A stretch of 64,000 nt of DNA, from positions 102,114,001 through 102,178,000 of the forward strand of contig OZ024742.1 in the NCBI GenBank assembly GCA_964016885.1, written 5' to 3'. The first letter of the stretch is position 1. Each line of letters opens with the position of its first letter. Both the position numbers and the translations under genes were made by a program. The notes beneath the pieces were generated by a model. The model was not told the DNA's origin, did not search any database, and saw only the letters and a list, made by a program, of their open reading frames with translations. Positions 42,398 through 54,645 of this stretch are shown in pieces. Source of the DNA: Eledone cirrhosa. Lineage: Eukaryota.

Positions 42398-43288
42398 ATA
42401 TAGAGAATTTAGTATATCTACCAACATATGCGTACAGATGTACACTAATGCTAGCAAATACATAAGTTATGTGATAGCGCCTAGGTGGTTCAATGCAGGA
42501 GGATGCAGAACAATAATATGAAAGACGTAAAATAAGAAAATTAAAAAAAAATTAAAAATTAACTTACTTACTAAAATTTTCACTCCAACTAATTAGTTTC
42601 TGTAATGGGATAAAGATAGTTACGTAATATAACCATCGAGAATTCATTACGTCATCAGTGAGTCTATTCTCGGCTAAGTCTCCAGGAAATGCGCGGACAC
42701 TGGGGACTCATATAAAAATAATAATAATTCGGTGGATGGAACAGCTAGCGGGGACTGGATTCCATGCACTGAAAAAGTTCGCTGTCTCTGGTCAAATGGC
42801 AGATTCTAAAGAATCAATCACGTGACACTGAGGCTAGTCGGAAGGAGTGGGTTGGTAAGATGACAAAAGCCTACTACCACACCAATGAATTAGTAGTGGA
42901 TTTGGCAGGTTTGCTCAACAAATAAATAATTTGGAGATAAATATAGAGAATTAGTATATCTACCAACATATGCGTACAGATGTACACTAATGCTAGCAAA
43001 TAATAAGTTATGTCATAGTACCTAGGTGGTTCAATGCAGGAGGATGCCGAACAATAATATGAAAGACGTAAAATAAGAAAATTTAAAAAAAAATTAAAAA
43101 TTAACTTGCTTACTAAAATTTGGAGACTTAGCTGAGAATAGACTCCCTGATGACGTAATGAATTCTCGATGGTTATATTACGTAACTATCTTTATCCCAT
43201 TACAGAAACTAATTAGTTGGTGTGAAAATTTTAGTAAGTAAGTTAATTTTTAATTTTTTTTAAATTTTCTTATTTTACGTCTTTCATG
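42398..43288 (-). mobile_element. HHR-containing non-coding element: ~1.3 copies of a 542-bp monomer + inverted segment
   Basis: 42398-42579 repeats at 42941-43121. 43121-43288 is the reverse complement of ~42518-42684. TA-rich flanks on both sides. Confidence 0.85.
43142..43223 (+). ncRNA. Type I hammerhead motif with extended stem II (mirror copy 42582-42664, minus strand)
   Basis: ACTCC-CTGATGA-C-GTAATG...CATTAC-A-GAAA-CTAATTAG-TT-GG(T/A)GT; palindromic stem III. Confidence 0.72.
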
Positions 43289-43693
43289 TTAATATATATA
43301 TATATATATATATTAATAGCTAATATATATATATATATATATATTGTTATACTTTGGGAGGGTCATGTTGCCAATAAGAAACACACGCACCAGTTGCTTT
43401 CACTTCAATTTATTATATATTTATAAATTTATAAATTTACAAATCTACAAACTTATAAATTTCTGGTTGGTTGGTTGGTTCCACAACCAGATAGTTGTTT
43501 ATATATAGTCATAGTCCTTTCGTCACACACTCTGTGACCTCTTCAGTGACTGGGGATTCCTTTCTTTGTTTCTGTGCCTTTCCTTTCTTCTGTCCTACGC
43601 CATTTTGTTTCTGTGTGTGTGTTGTGTGCTCAGTTTGCGTATGCGCCACATCCGGGTGTCTGTGTGTGTTTGTGTTCATTTATCTATTTGTTT

Positions 43694-44002
43694 ATAAGAT
43701 GTACTGAAGGACAATGTAGAAACAAAAATATAGTGTACATAGGTGAGACAGCTCGTAGTATAGGGGAACGGATAAATGAACACTGGCGAGACCTTCAAGA
43801 TAATAAAGAATCATCTGTACTCTACCAACATGCTAAGATAGAACACAAGGGTAAATTAGAGAACATAGAAATAAAAATAGAATCCACACACAGAAAAGAT
43901 TCAATGTTTAGGCAAATTACAGAGGCAGTAAGCATAAAAGAATTACAACCAAAATTAAATAGAAAATATGAGTGGAACAGCAACATCACAACTTACAATT
44001 AA
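43694..44002 (+). pseudogene. C-terminal GIY-YIG endonuclease fragment of a second PLE lineage
   Basis: IRCTEGQC..VYIGETARSIGERINEH..HAKIEH..RQITEAVSI..LNRKYEW..stop; A-rich and unrelated in nucleotide sequence to the 31-kb element. Confidence 0.88.
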
Positions 44003-44206
44003 GGACAAAATGAAAACACACACACACATAGAACAAACAACCAACCAACAACATGTAAATAAATAAACAAATAGATAAATGAACACAAACACACACAGAC
44101 ACCCGGATGTGGCGCATGCGCAAACTGAGCACACAACACACACACAGAAACAAAATGGCGTAGGACAGAAGAAAGGAAAGGCACAGAAACAAAGAAAGGA
44201 ATCCCC

Positions 44207-44251
44207 AGTCACTGAAGAGGTCACAGAGTGTGTGACGAAAGGACTATGACT
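44207..44251 (+). ncRNA. Type I hammerhead motif (mirror copy at 43507-43551, minus strand)
   Basis: AGTCA-CTGAAGA-G-GTCAC agagtgt GTGAC-GAAA-GGAC-TA-TGACT; 5-bp stem I and 5-bp stem II. Confidence 0.8.
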
Positions 44252-44469
44252 ATATATAAACAACTATCTGGTTGTGGATCCAACCAACCAACCAGAAATT
44301 TATAAGTTTGTAGATTTGTAAATTTATAAATTTATAAATATATAATAAATTGAAGTGAAAGCAACTGGTGCGTGTGTTTCTTATTAGCAACATGACCCTC
44401 CCAAAGTATAACAATATCGGTTTCAACACACGATTTCAGATAAAGAATCTTGCTAGACAAATTCAGAAA

Positions 44470-44530
<61 letters not shown>

Positions 44531-44680
44531 ATATATATATAGTAGTTAATATATATATATGATGATTTCCTTCGAATGAAACAGTTCTAGTCCTGTAGAA
44601 GCCATTTCTATATTAAATATTTATTCTCTGCTTTGTATTGAGTACCTTACTTACTGTGGTTACCCTCGATTGAACCCGGA

Positions 44681-44775
<95 letters not shown>

Positions 44776-44892
44776 GGAGGAATTTGTAGTTTACTTGAAA
44801 CATTGTATATGGTATAGAAAATTCGAAGTTTGAAAGCCACATGGAGGGATAAACAAGTCAGATGAAACAAGATGTCATGTTTTTTATCTTAA

Positions 44893-46277
44893 CTAGCAGA
44901 AAAACCACCCTTCGGCTGGTTTTCTGCTGGCATGTGTAGTGTGTATATTGATATTATACGCAAGTATATATACATGTAGATATGATCAAATAAAATCGTA
45001 ATTGACAATATACACAGAAATTGAACGAAGACGTTGTTACACTGTCTTATGTAATCAGTAACGTAATCCATGATACATTAAAAAAAGACAATATCTAATA
45101 TATATTTGTGAAATGGGTGGTGGTTGAAATTCAGTTGTGCACGGTTAAATGGTAGTAGACGTGGTCGGACGGACATGAAAATTTACACACCTAAAAAAGT
45201 GCCAAGGAAGCAAATAGACGAGGTTTCAAATCTCTAAGTTGAAAAATGTGGTCCCTAGGGCCCCCAAACGGTCTATTTACTATCGCTTCCGGTGAGTTAC
45301 TTTTCCCTGTTCTAATAATTGGATGAGTTATTTTCCGTAGTCGCTTTCAATATTTATTGTCTTATTTACAATTTCATACAAATTTTTAAACTCATCAATT
45401 TTTTCATAACATATCAAACACAACGTTCTTTCGCTGTTTTTGAAAAATATTATTGAAAGTTTATTATAAAGAAGCAGTTTCAGGAAAAAAAATAGAAATA
45501 TGCATTTGGAGCTGGACGGCGTACAATGAGAAGTGAAGCGACGTGAAAAGCGTTGTTTATTAACAGCGAAATAGCAATGTCGATGATATGCAAGTTTGAA
45601 AATGCAGATTATGAAGGTTTGTATGATAGTTTACACTTTGATTGCCCTGGTCAGCAAGAGGGGCCTCTATATATTAGACGTTTATTAGAAGAGGGGGAAA
45701 TAACTAACCCCAGTATTAGAACAGGGGGTTCGCAATGTGAGGGTTTTATTTCTTTTGTTAGAAAACAGTGACCTTTTTCGGTTAATAAACAACGCTTTTC
45801 ACGTCGCTCCACTTCTCATTGTACGCCGTCCAGCCCCAAGTGCATATTTCTATTTTTTTCTCCTGAAACTGCTTCTTTATAATAAACTTTGAATAATATT
45901 TTTCAAATTATTAACTTAATAAAAAGTGGCCCCGGGTGCAACCGGGCTCAGCTGCTAGTTATATATAAACTGCATTAGAAGAAAATTAGTGACAGAAAAT
46001 TATTATGTTTATTTAAGCGATCGCCACCGGAAGTGTTGACATCACACACGCTCTCTTTCTATATATATATGGTAGTTGAAGTGGTGGTGGCAACGATATA
46101 CCGGAAGTGCAACTTTAAAAATAAGTCAATTTTAAATTATTTATTTTTACGAAATTATTTTTGTTTACGAAATTTAGTAGATAAATTTATTCAAAGTAAT
46201 CCAACTTATTTTACAAACGGGATAAAAAAAAATAAACTGTACACAGTCCCGCAGACCTTCCTTTATTATAGTTTAGA
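44893..46277 (-). mobile_element. Non-autonomous Helitron family A (interrupted copy)
   Basis: Minus strand: A|TCTAAACTATAATAAAG ... AAAACCA(C/G)CCGAAGGGTGGTTTT hairpin, CTAG|T. Confidence 0.82.
45094..45958 (+). mobile_element. Non-autonomous Helitron nested in another Helitron
   Basis: A|TCTAATATAT 5' end; CCCGG gtgcaa CCGGG hairpin then CTAG|T; no TSD. The empty site GACGATA|TTATATATAAATTGC is seen in the paralog at ~46570. Confidence 0.88.
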
Positions 46278-46289
46278 TTGATTTATATG

Positions 46290-46327
46290 TCCTGATATTT
46301 CGAGATTAAGATCTCTTCTTCAGAGGA
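46290..46327 (-). ncRNA. Minimal type I hammerhead motif (family copy with CCGAAGA core at 2616-2650)
   Basis: Minus strand: TCCT-CTGAAGA-A-GAGAT ctta ATCTC-GAAA-TA-TC-AGGA. Confidence 0.8.
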
Positions 46328-46363
46328 AATAAAAGGAACTAATCCAATGTTCGATTAAATATA

Positions 46364-46846
46364 CTAGTAGAAAAATCACCCTTCGGGTGGTTTTCTGCTA
46401 GCATGTGTAGTGTGTATATTGATATTATACGCAGGTATATATACATGTAGATATGATACATCAAATAAAATCGTATTGACAATATATATTACATAGAAAT
46501 TGAACGAAGACTGCGTTACACTGTCTTATTTAATCAGTAACATAATCCATGATACATTAAAAAAGACGATATTATATATAAATTGCATTAGGAGAAAATT
46601 AGTGACAGAAAATTAGTATGTTTATTTTAGCGATGGCCAACCGGAAGTGTTGACATTTCAGAAATTTTAAAGAAGGGAATCGTTAAATAAACAAAATATA
46701 TTTAATCAACAACCACGAAATTTAGTAGATAAATTATGTAATATTCATTCATTATTTATTCAAAGTAATCCAACTTATTTTACTAATGGGATAAAAAATT
46801 ATAAACCGTACGCAGTCCCGCGCTCCTTACTTTATTATAGTTTAGA
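46364..46846 (-). mobile_element. Non-autonomous Helitron family A (intact ~480-bp copy)
   Basis: Same TC 5' end, subterminal hairpin and CTAG 3' end; A|T target. Confidence 0.85.
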
Positions 46847-47253
46847 TAATAAATAAGAGAGACGGTTTTATTCGTACATCTTCATTCTATTATCTAGTTC
46901 GTACTAGATAATAGAATTAACTTCGGACGATACCTTACGGTGAGAATCCTAAGGAACACAAACCGTGAGTGCTTCGCGTCTGTTTACGAAAAGGTTGGTC
47001 AATCAATGATAAGCATTGATTGCCAAATAAATTAACTATGGAGATATAAAAGATACAGAAGCGAAAACCAACCCAAACCAAACAGTGAGTGTGTTCTGTT
47101 ATTATTTCTGGCAATATTATAACAATATGACCTTCCCCAAGTATAACAATATATATATATATAAGGAAAAGAAATCGAAAATACAACTGGAGTCTTTTTA
47201 AGATAATTTGTTTCCTTTACCGGTTTCCCAGCTCTTATGATTTTTCTCGCTCG

Positions 47254-47377
<124 letters not shown>

Positions 47378-47378
47378 C

Positions 47379-47434
<56 letters not shown>

Positions 47435-47436
<2 letters not shown>

Positions 47437-47512
47437 TGCCTCGTCTGACGAACGAATGAAGACGTTTCTTTCGTATTCGCCTCATTCGGGAAACCTCTGG
47501 TAATGAGGTAAT
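47435..47512 (+). ncRNA. Type I hammerhead motif forming almost the whole insert between two (TA)n tracts
   Basis: TTGCCTCGT-CTGACGA-A-CGAATGA...TCATTCG-G-GAAA-CC tct GG-TA-ATGAGGTAA. Confidence 0.8.
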
Positions 47513-48233
47513 TATATTGTATTGATTTTTATACATTATATATATATATATATATATATATCGCACGTATTTTGGATATTAGACATTGGGGGTAAGATCG
47601 TTTTTAATGAAATGCACTTTTCTCTATCACATATATTGATATTGCATTAAGATATTTTGATTTTTATCTTGAGCCTTCTTTTAATATGTGGTACACACAT
47701 ACAAACATGTCTGTCTCGTTGTTCTCCCTTTTTATTTGATCTGCATTCCTGTTTATTTATACATACGCATATTATGTATACATGTGTATTTTGTGCACTT
47801 GTAAATAAATATATACAAGCTTGTCTATACTTGTGTATATATATATAGTTATAAAAATATTCGTTTGTGTACGTTGTATGTACACACGTATGTATGTATG
47901 TATGTATGTATGTATGTATGTATGTATGTATGTATGTATGTATGTATGTATGTATGTATGTATGTATGTATGTATGTATGTATGCATGTACTATATATAT
48001 ATATGTATGTATGCATATATATATATGTATGTATGTGTATGTATATGTATGTATATGCATGTATGCACATGTATGTGTGTCATTGTATATATACATATAT
48101 ATATATATGGTTTTATAAATATAGTTTCCATTTGTTAATATTGTATATTTACTCCAAATATTTGTCGAGTGCTTTATAACAGTTATAAAAATATTTGCTT
48201 GTTGTATCCCAACAATTTAAATAGAACTTTTGC

Positions 48234-48281
<48 letters not shown>

Positions 48282-48337
48282 TGTATATCTGTATGTACAT
48301 ATGTAAGAACGTATGCGGTGTTTATTGACATAGCAGT

Positions 48338-49270
48338 GTGTGTATGTTTGTTTGTGTGTGTTTGTGTGTGACTGTGCGTGTGTCTGTTTATGTGTGTGTC
48401 TGTGTTTTTGTGGGTGTTTGTGTGTGTATGTCTGTGTGTTTGTGTGTGTATGTCTGTGTATTTGTGTGTGTGTGTCTGTGTGTTTGTGTGTGTATGTCTG
48501 TGTGTTTTTGTGGGTGTTTGTGTGTGTGTTTGTGTGTGTTTGTATATGTGTTTGTGTGTATGTCTGTGTGTTTGTGTGTGTATGTCTGTGTGTTTTTGCG
48601 CGTTTGTCTGTATGTTTGTGTGTGTGTTTGTATATGTGTTTGTACGCGCGCGTGTGCTTTGTCTGTATGTGTATGTCTTTGTGTGTATGTCTGTGTGTTT
48701 GTGTATGTATGTCTGCGTGTTTGTGTGTATGTCTGAGTGTTTGTGTGTATGTCTGCGTGTTTGTGTGTATGTCTGTGTGTTTGTGTGTATGTCTGTGTGT
48801 TTGTGTGTATGTCTATATGTTTGTGTGTGTATGTCTGTTTGTGTGTATGTATGTGTGTTTGTGTGTGTATGTCTGTGTGTTTTTGCGCGTTTGTCTGTAT
48901 GTTTGTGTGTGTGTTTGTATATGTGTTTGTACGCGCGCGTGTGCTTTGTCTGTATGTGTATGTCTTTGTGTGTATGTCTGTGTGTTTGTGTATGTATGTC
49001 TGCGTGTTTGTGTGTATGTCTGAGTGTTTGTGTGTATGTCTGCGTGTTTGTGTGTATGTCTGTGTGTTTGTGTGTATGTCTGTGTGTTTGTGTGTATGTC
49101 TATATGTTTGTGTGTGTATGTCTGTTTGTGTGTATGTATGTGTGTTTGTGTGTGTATGTCTGTGTTTGTGTGTGTATGTCTGTGTTTGTGTGTATGTATG
49201 TGTGTTTGTGTGTGTATGTCTGCGTTTGTGTGTATGTCTGTGTTTGTGTGTATGTCTGTGTTTGTGTGTT
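48338..49270. repeat. Degenerate (GT)-rich array with a 287-bp duplication
   Basis: TACGCGCGCGTGTGCTTTGTC at 48643 and 48930. Confidence 0.9.
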
Positions 49271-49589
49271 GTGTGGAAGTAAGACAGACATGTAAAAAAC
49301 TAAAATGCAATAAGCAACAATAAATAAAATAAAGTAAACAACTGGCTTTACAATAGCTAAACAATAAATTATGAACACCCTGTCACAATATAAGGCAGTC
49401 TTTTCTTTTTACTCTTGGTTCTTTCTTCCTTTTCTTCCTTTTTTCACTTTCATTTACCTAACCAGAAATATGTTCCACATCACTGACCGGTCACACAACC
49501 GTAACCTTTTTAAAACCACTTCAACAAAACAATTTTTTCCTCTCATTCTCATTCGTTCTCTACCACCCCCACCCTCAACCAACCACAAC

Positions 49590-49845
49590 ACCGCCACCTC
49601 CCACCCACTTTCCTACCGCCACCTCCCACCCACTTTCCTACTGCCACCTCCCACCCTCTTTCCTACCGTCACCTCCCACCCCCTTTCCTATCGCCACCTC
49701 CCACCCCCTTTCCCTACCGCAACCGCCCACCCCTTTCCCTACCGCCACCCCACCCTTTCCCTACCGCCACCGCCCACCCTTTCCCTATCGCCACCTCCCA
49801 CCCCTTCCTACCGCCACCTCCCACCCCTTTCTATCGCCACCCCCG
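49590..49845. repeat. ~21-bp C-rich minisatellite
   Basis: CCACCCCTTTCCTACCGCCACCTC-like units. Confidence 0.85.
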
Positions 49846-49865
49846 ACAACGACAGCTTTATCAAT

Positions 49866-50071
49866 TGTGGCCACCATGCTGCGCTGTATGTGTTTATGTT
49901 TGTACATACATGCACACACACATATATACACATACACACGCACAACACATACATAGATACACATATATGTGTATCTATGTATGTGTTGTGTGTGTGCGTG
50001 AGTATGTGTATATATGTGTGTGTGCATGTATGTTCAAACATAAACACATACAGCGCAGCATGGTGACCACA
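49866..50071. repeat. ~205-bp spacerless palindrome next to (TA)n
   Basis: GTGGCCACCATGCTGCGCTGTATG...ACACATATATGTGT...CATACAGCGCAGCATGGTGACCAC. Confidence 0.85.
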
Positions 50072-50095
50072 TATATATGTGTGTGTGTGTGTATG

Positions 50096-50173
<78 letters not shown>

Positions 50174-50432
50174 TATATATATAATTGTGTGTGTATGTAT
50201 GTGTGCATGCGTGTATATATGTATGTATACATATATGTGTGTGAGAGATAGTGAGAAGGAGATAGAAGGGAAGCGTGAAAGTGAGAAAAGGAGTGTGTGA
50301 GAGAAGAGAGAGGGAGAGATTATCTATATATTAGTGTGCATGGCATGGGGGGGGGGAGACTGTTTATATGAGGGCTTATGCATTTGTGTGCATGGGTGCA
50401 TGTGAGATAGATAGATAGATAGAAAGACGGTG

Positions 50433-50483
<51 letters not shown>

Positions 50484-50499
50484 AATATCTACATGAATA

Positions 50500-53400
50500 G
50501 TTGTGTTGAGTTGTGTGATGGCAGCTTGTTGTGGAGATGGTGTGATGTGTTGTGTGTTGTGGAGATGGTGTGATGTGTTGTGTGTTGTGGAGATGGTGTG
50601 ATGTGCAGTGTGTTGTGTTGTGGAGTTGTGTAATGTGTTGTGGAGATGGTGTGATGTGTTGTGTGTTGTGGAGATGGTGTGATGTGTTGTGTGTTGTGGA
50701 ATTGTGTTGTGTGTTGTGGAGATGTATTGTATTGTAGTGGTGGTGTGTGGTGGTGTGTGGTGGTGTGTAGTGTGTTGTGTGTTGTGGAGATGTATTGTAT
50801 TGTAGTGGTGGTGTGTGGTGGTGTGTAGTGTGTTGTGTGTTGTGGAGATGTGTTGTATTGTAGTGGTGGTGTGTGGTGGTGTGTGGTGGTGTGTAGTGTG
50901 TTGTGTGTTGTGGAGATGTATTGTATTGTAGTGGTGGTGTGTGGTGGTGTGTGGTGGTGTGTAGTGTGTTGTGTGTTGTGGAGATGTGTTGTATTGTAGT
51001 GGTGTTGTGTGGTGGTGTGTAGTGTGTTGTGTGTTGTGGAGATGTGTTGTATTGTAGTGGTGTTGTGTGGTGGTGTGTGGTGGTGTGTAGTGTGTTGTGT
51101 GTTGTGGAGATGTATTGTATTGTAGTGGTGGTGTGTGGTGGTGTGTAGTGTGTTGTGTGTTGTGGAGATGTATTGTATTGTAGTGGTGGTGTGTGGTGGT
51201 GTGTGGTGGTGTGTAGTGTGTTGTGGAGGTGTGTTGTATTGTAGTGGTGTTGTGTGGTGGTGTGTAGTGTGTTCTGTGTTGTGGAGATGTGTTGTATTGT
51301 AGTGGTGGTGTGTGGTGGTGTGTAGTGGTGTGTAATGTTGTGTGTTGTGGAGGTGTGTTGTGTTGTAGTGTTGGTGTGTGGTGGTGTGTGGTGGTGTGTA
51401 GTGTGTTGTGTGTTGTGGAGATGTATTATATTGTAGTGGTGGTGTGTGGTGGTGTGTAGTGTGTTGTGTGTTGTGGAGATGTATTGTATTGTAGTGGTGG
51501 TGTGTGGTGGTGTGTGGTGGTGTGTAGTGTGTTGTGTGTTGTGGAGATGTATTGTATTGTAGTGGTGTTGTGTGGTGGTGTGTGGTGGTGTGTAGTGTGT
51601 TGTGTGTTGTGGAGATGTGTTGTATTGTAGTGGTGGTGTGTGGTGGTGTGTGGTGGTGTGTAGTGTGTTGTGTGTTGTGGAGATGTATTGTATTGTAGTG
51701 GTGGTGTGTGGTGGTGTGTGGTGGTGTGTAGTGTGTTGTGTGTTGTGGAGATGTGTTGTATTGTAGTGGTGTTGTGTGGTGGTGTGTAGTGTGTTGTGTG
51801 TTGTGGAGATGTGTTGTATTGTAGTGGTGTTGTGTGGTGGTGTGTGGTGGTGTGTAGTGTGTTGTGTGTTGTGGAGATGTATTGTATTGTAGTGGTGGTG
51901 TGTGGTGGTGTGTAGTGTGTTGTGTGTTGTGGAGATGTATTGTATTGTAGTGGTGGTGTGTGGTGGTGTGTGGTGGTGTGTAGTGTGTTGTGGAGGTGTG
52001 TTGTATTGTAGTGGTGTTGTGTGGTGGTGTGTAGTGTGTTCTGTGTTGTGGAGATGTGTTGTATTGTAGTGGTGGTGTGTGGTGGTGTGTAGTGGTGTGT
52101 AATGTTGTGTGTTGTGGAGGTGTGTTGTGTTGTAGTGTTGGTGTGTGGTGGTGTGTGGTGGTGTGTAGTGTGTTGTGTGTTGTGGAGATGTATTATATTG
52201 TAGTGGTGGTGTGTGGTGGTGTGTAGTGTGTTGTGTGTTGTGGAGATGTATTGTATTGTAGTGGTGGTGTGTGGTGGTGTGTGGTGGTGTGTAGTGGTGT
52301 GTAATGTTGTGTGTTGTGGAGGTGTGTTGTGTTGTAGTGTTGGTGTGTGGTGGTGTGTAGTGTGTTGTGTGTTGTGGAGATGTATTGTATTGTAGTGGTG
52401 GTGTGTGGTGGTGTGTAATGTTGTGTGTTGTGGAGGTGTGTTGTGTTGTAGTGGTGGTGTGTGGTGTGTTGTGGAGTTGTGTTGTGTGTTGTAGTGGTGA
52501 TGTCTGGTGGTGTGTAGTGTGTTGTGGAGATGTGTTGTATTGTAGTGGTGGTGTGTGGTGGTGTGTGGTGGTGTGTAGTGTGTTGTGTGTTGTGGAGATG
52601 TGTTGTATTGTAGTGGTGGTGTGTGGTGGTGTGTAGTGGTGTGTAATGTTGTGTGTTGTGGAGGTGTGTTGTGTTGTAGTGTTGGTGTGTGGTGGTGTGT
52701 GGTGGTGTGTAGTGTGTTGTGTGTTGTGGAGATGTATTATATTGTAGTGGTGGTGTGTGGTGGTGTGTAGTGTGTTGTGTGTTGTGGAGATGTATTGTAT
52801 TGTAGTGGTGGTGTGTGGTGGTGTGTGGTGGTGTGTAGTGGTGTGTAATGTTGTGTGTTGTGGAGGTGTGTTGTGTTGTAGTGTTGGTGTGTGGTGGTGT
52901 GTAGTGTGTTGTGTGTTGTGGAGATGTATTGTATTGTAGTGGTGGTGTGTGGTGGTGTGTAATGTTGTGTGTTGTGGAGGTGTGTTGTGTTGTAGTGGTG
53001 GTGTGTGGTGGTGTGTAGTGTGTTGTGGAGATGTGTTGTGTGTTGTAGTGGTGATGTCTGGTGGTGTGTAGTGTGTTGTGGAGATGTGTTGTATTGTAGT
53101 GGTGGTGTGTGGTGGTGTGTGGTGGTGTGTAGTGTGTTGTGTGTTGTGGAGATGTGTTGTATTGTAGTGGTGGTGTGTGGTGGTGTGTGGTGGTGTGTAG
53201 TGTGTTGTGTGTTGTGGAGATGTGTTGTATTGTAGTGGTGATGTCTGGTGTGGTGTGTATTGTGCTGTGGAGTTGTGGTGTGCTGTAGTGGTGATGGTGG
53301 TGTTGGTGTGTAGTGTGTTGTGGAGTTGCGTTGTATTGTAGTGGTGGTGTGTAGTGGTGTGTAGTGGTGTGTAGTGTGTTGTGTGTTGTAGTAGTATTGG

Positions 53401-53960
53401 TGGTGGTAGCGGTGGTGTGTCGTGTGTGGTGGTGGCGGTGGTGTGTTGTGTGCGGTGGTGGCGGTGGTATGTTGTGTGTGGTGGTGGCGGTGGTGTGATG
53501 GGGTGTTGTGTGTGGTGTAGTGTGGTGGCGGTGGTGTGTTGTGTGTGGTGGTGATGTGTTGTATTGTAGTGGTGGTGTGTAGTGGTGTAGTGTGGTGGCG
53601 GTGCTGTGTTGTGTGTGGTGTAGTGTGGTGGCGGTGGTGTGTTGTGTGTGGTGGTGGCGGTGGTGTGTTGTGTGTGGTGGTGGCGGTGGTGTGTTGTGTG
53701 TGGTGGTGGCGGTGGTGTGTTGTGTGTGGTGGTGGTGGTATGTTGTGTGCGGTGGTGGCGGTGGTGTGTTGCGTGTGGTGGTGGCGGTGGTGTGTTGTGT
53801 GTGGTGGTGGCGGTGGTGTGTTGTGTGTGGTGGTGGCGGTGGTGTGTTGTGTGTGGTGGTGGTGGTGGTGGTGGTGGTGGTATGTTGTGTGTGGTGGTGG
53901 CGGTGGTGTGTTGTGTGTGGTGGTGGTGGTGGTATGTTGTGTGCGGTGGTGATGATGTTA
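50500..53960. repeat. GT-rich compound minisatellite with higher-order duplications
   Basis: GTGTTGTGTGTTGTGGAGATGTATTGTATTGTAGTGGTGGTGT units; rare variants recur at a 767-bp spacing. Confidence 0.95.
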
Positions 53961-54087
53961 ATATGTAATGGGAATTGTAACGGAAATGATTGGCGTGTGA
54001 TGGCGACAGTAGTGATGCCTACAGTGGTGGTGTTGTGTGTGTCTGTGTATGTCTGTGCGTCTTTGTGTATGTATGTGTATCTGTGCA

Positions 54088-54172
<85 letters not shown>

Positions 54173-54227
54173 CCGCGCTCATCTCTGTATTGTGTACATC
54201 ATCCCATGTCCTTCTTTTATTATTAAG

Positions 54228-54645
54228 AGGATTGGCAGTATCGGTAGAGAGTCGGACGCCATGCTTTCCAGCATAGAGTTACGTCTCTTTACGGTCTGAG
54301 TTCAAATCCCGCCGAGGTTAACTTTGCCTTTCATCCTTACGGGGTCGATAAAATAAAGTACCAGTAATACACTGCGTAATTGCTGGCCTTGTGCCAAAAG
54401 TAGAAACAATTATTAAGAGGCTAATGGGCGGCGGATTGGCAGTATCGGTAGAGCGTCGAACAAAATTCTTTGCGGCATATAGTTATGTCCCTTTACATTC
54501 TGATTTCAAATCTCGCCGAGTTTATCTTTGTGTTTCATCCTAACGGGGTCGATAAAATAAAGTACCAGTTACGCATTCGGGTCGATTTAAACGACTTTTC
54601 CTCTTCCTTCAAAATTTTGGCCCTGTGCCAAAACTAGAAACAAGT
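54228..54645 (+). mobile_element. Two tandem SINEs
   Basis: Box A/B and core motifs twice. Confidence 0.88.

Larger units (their letters stand above)
43341..44417 (+). mobile_element. PLE 3' fragment flanked by 355-bp inverted pseudo-LTR arms
   Basis: 43341-43695 is the near-exact reverse complement of 44063-44417. The spacer encodes a GIY-YIG C-terminus, each arm carries an HHR, and (TA)n lies on both sides. Confidence 0.92.

Noticed and set aside
52193-54299. 631-aa His/Thr-rich ORF and overlapping Val/Cys ORFs
   Set aside because: Translations of the GT-rich minisatellite.
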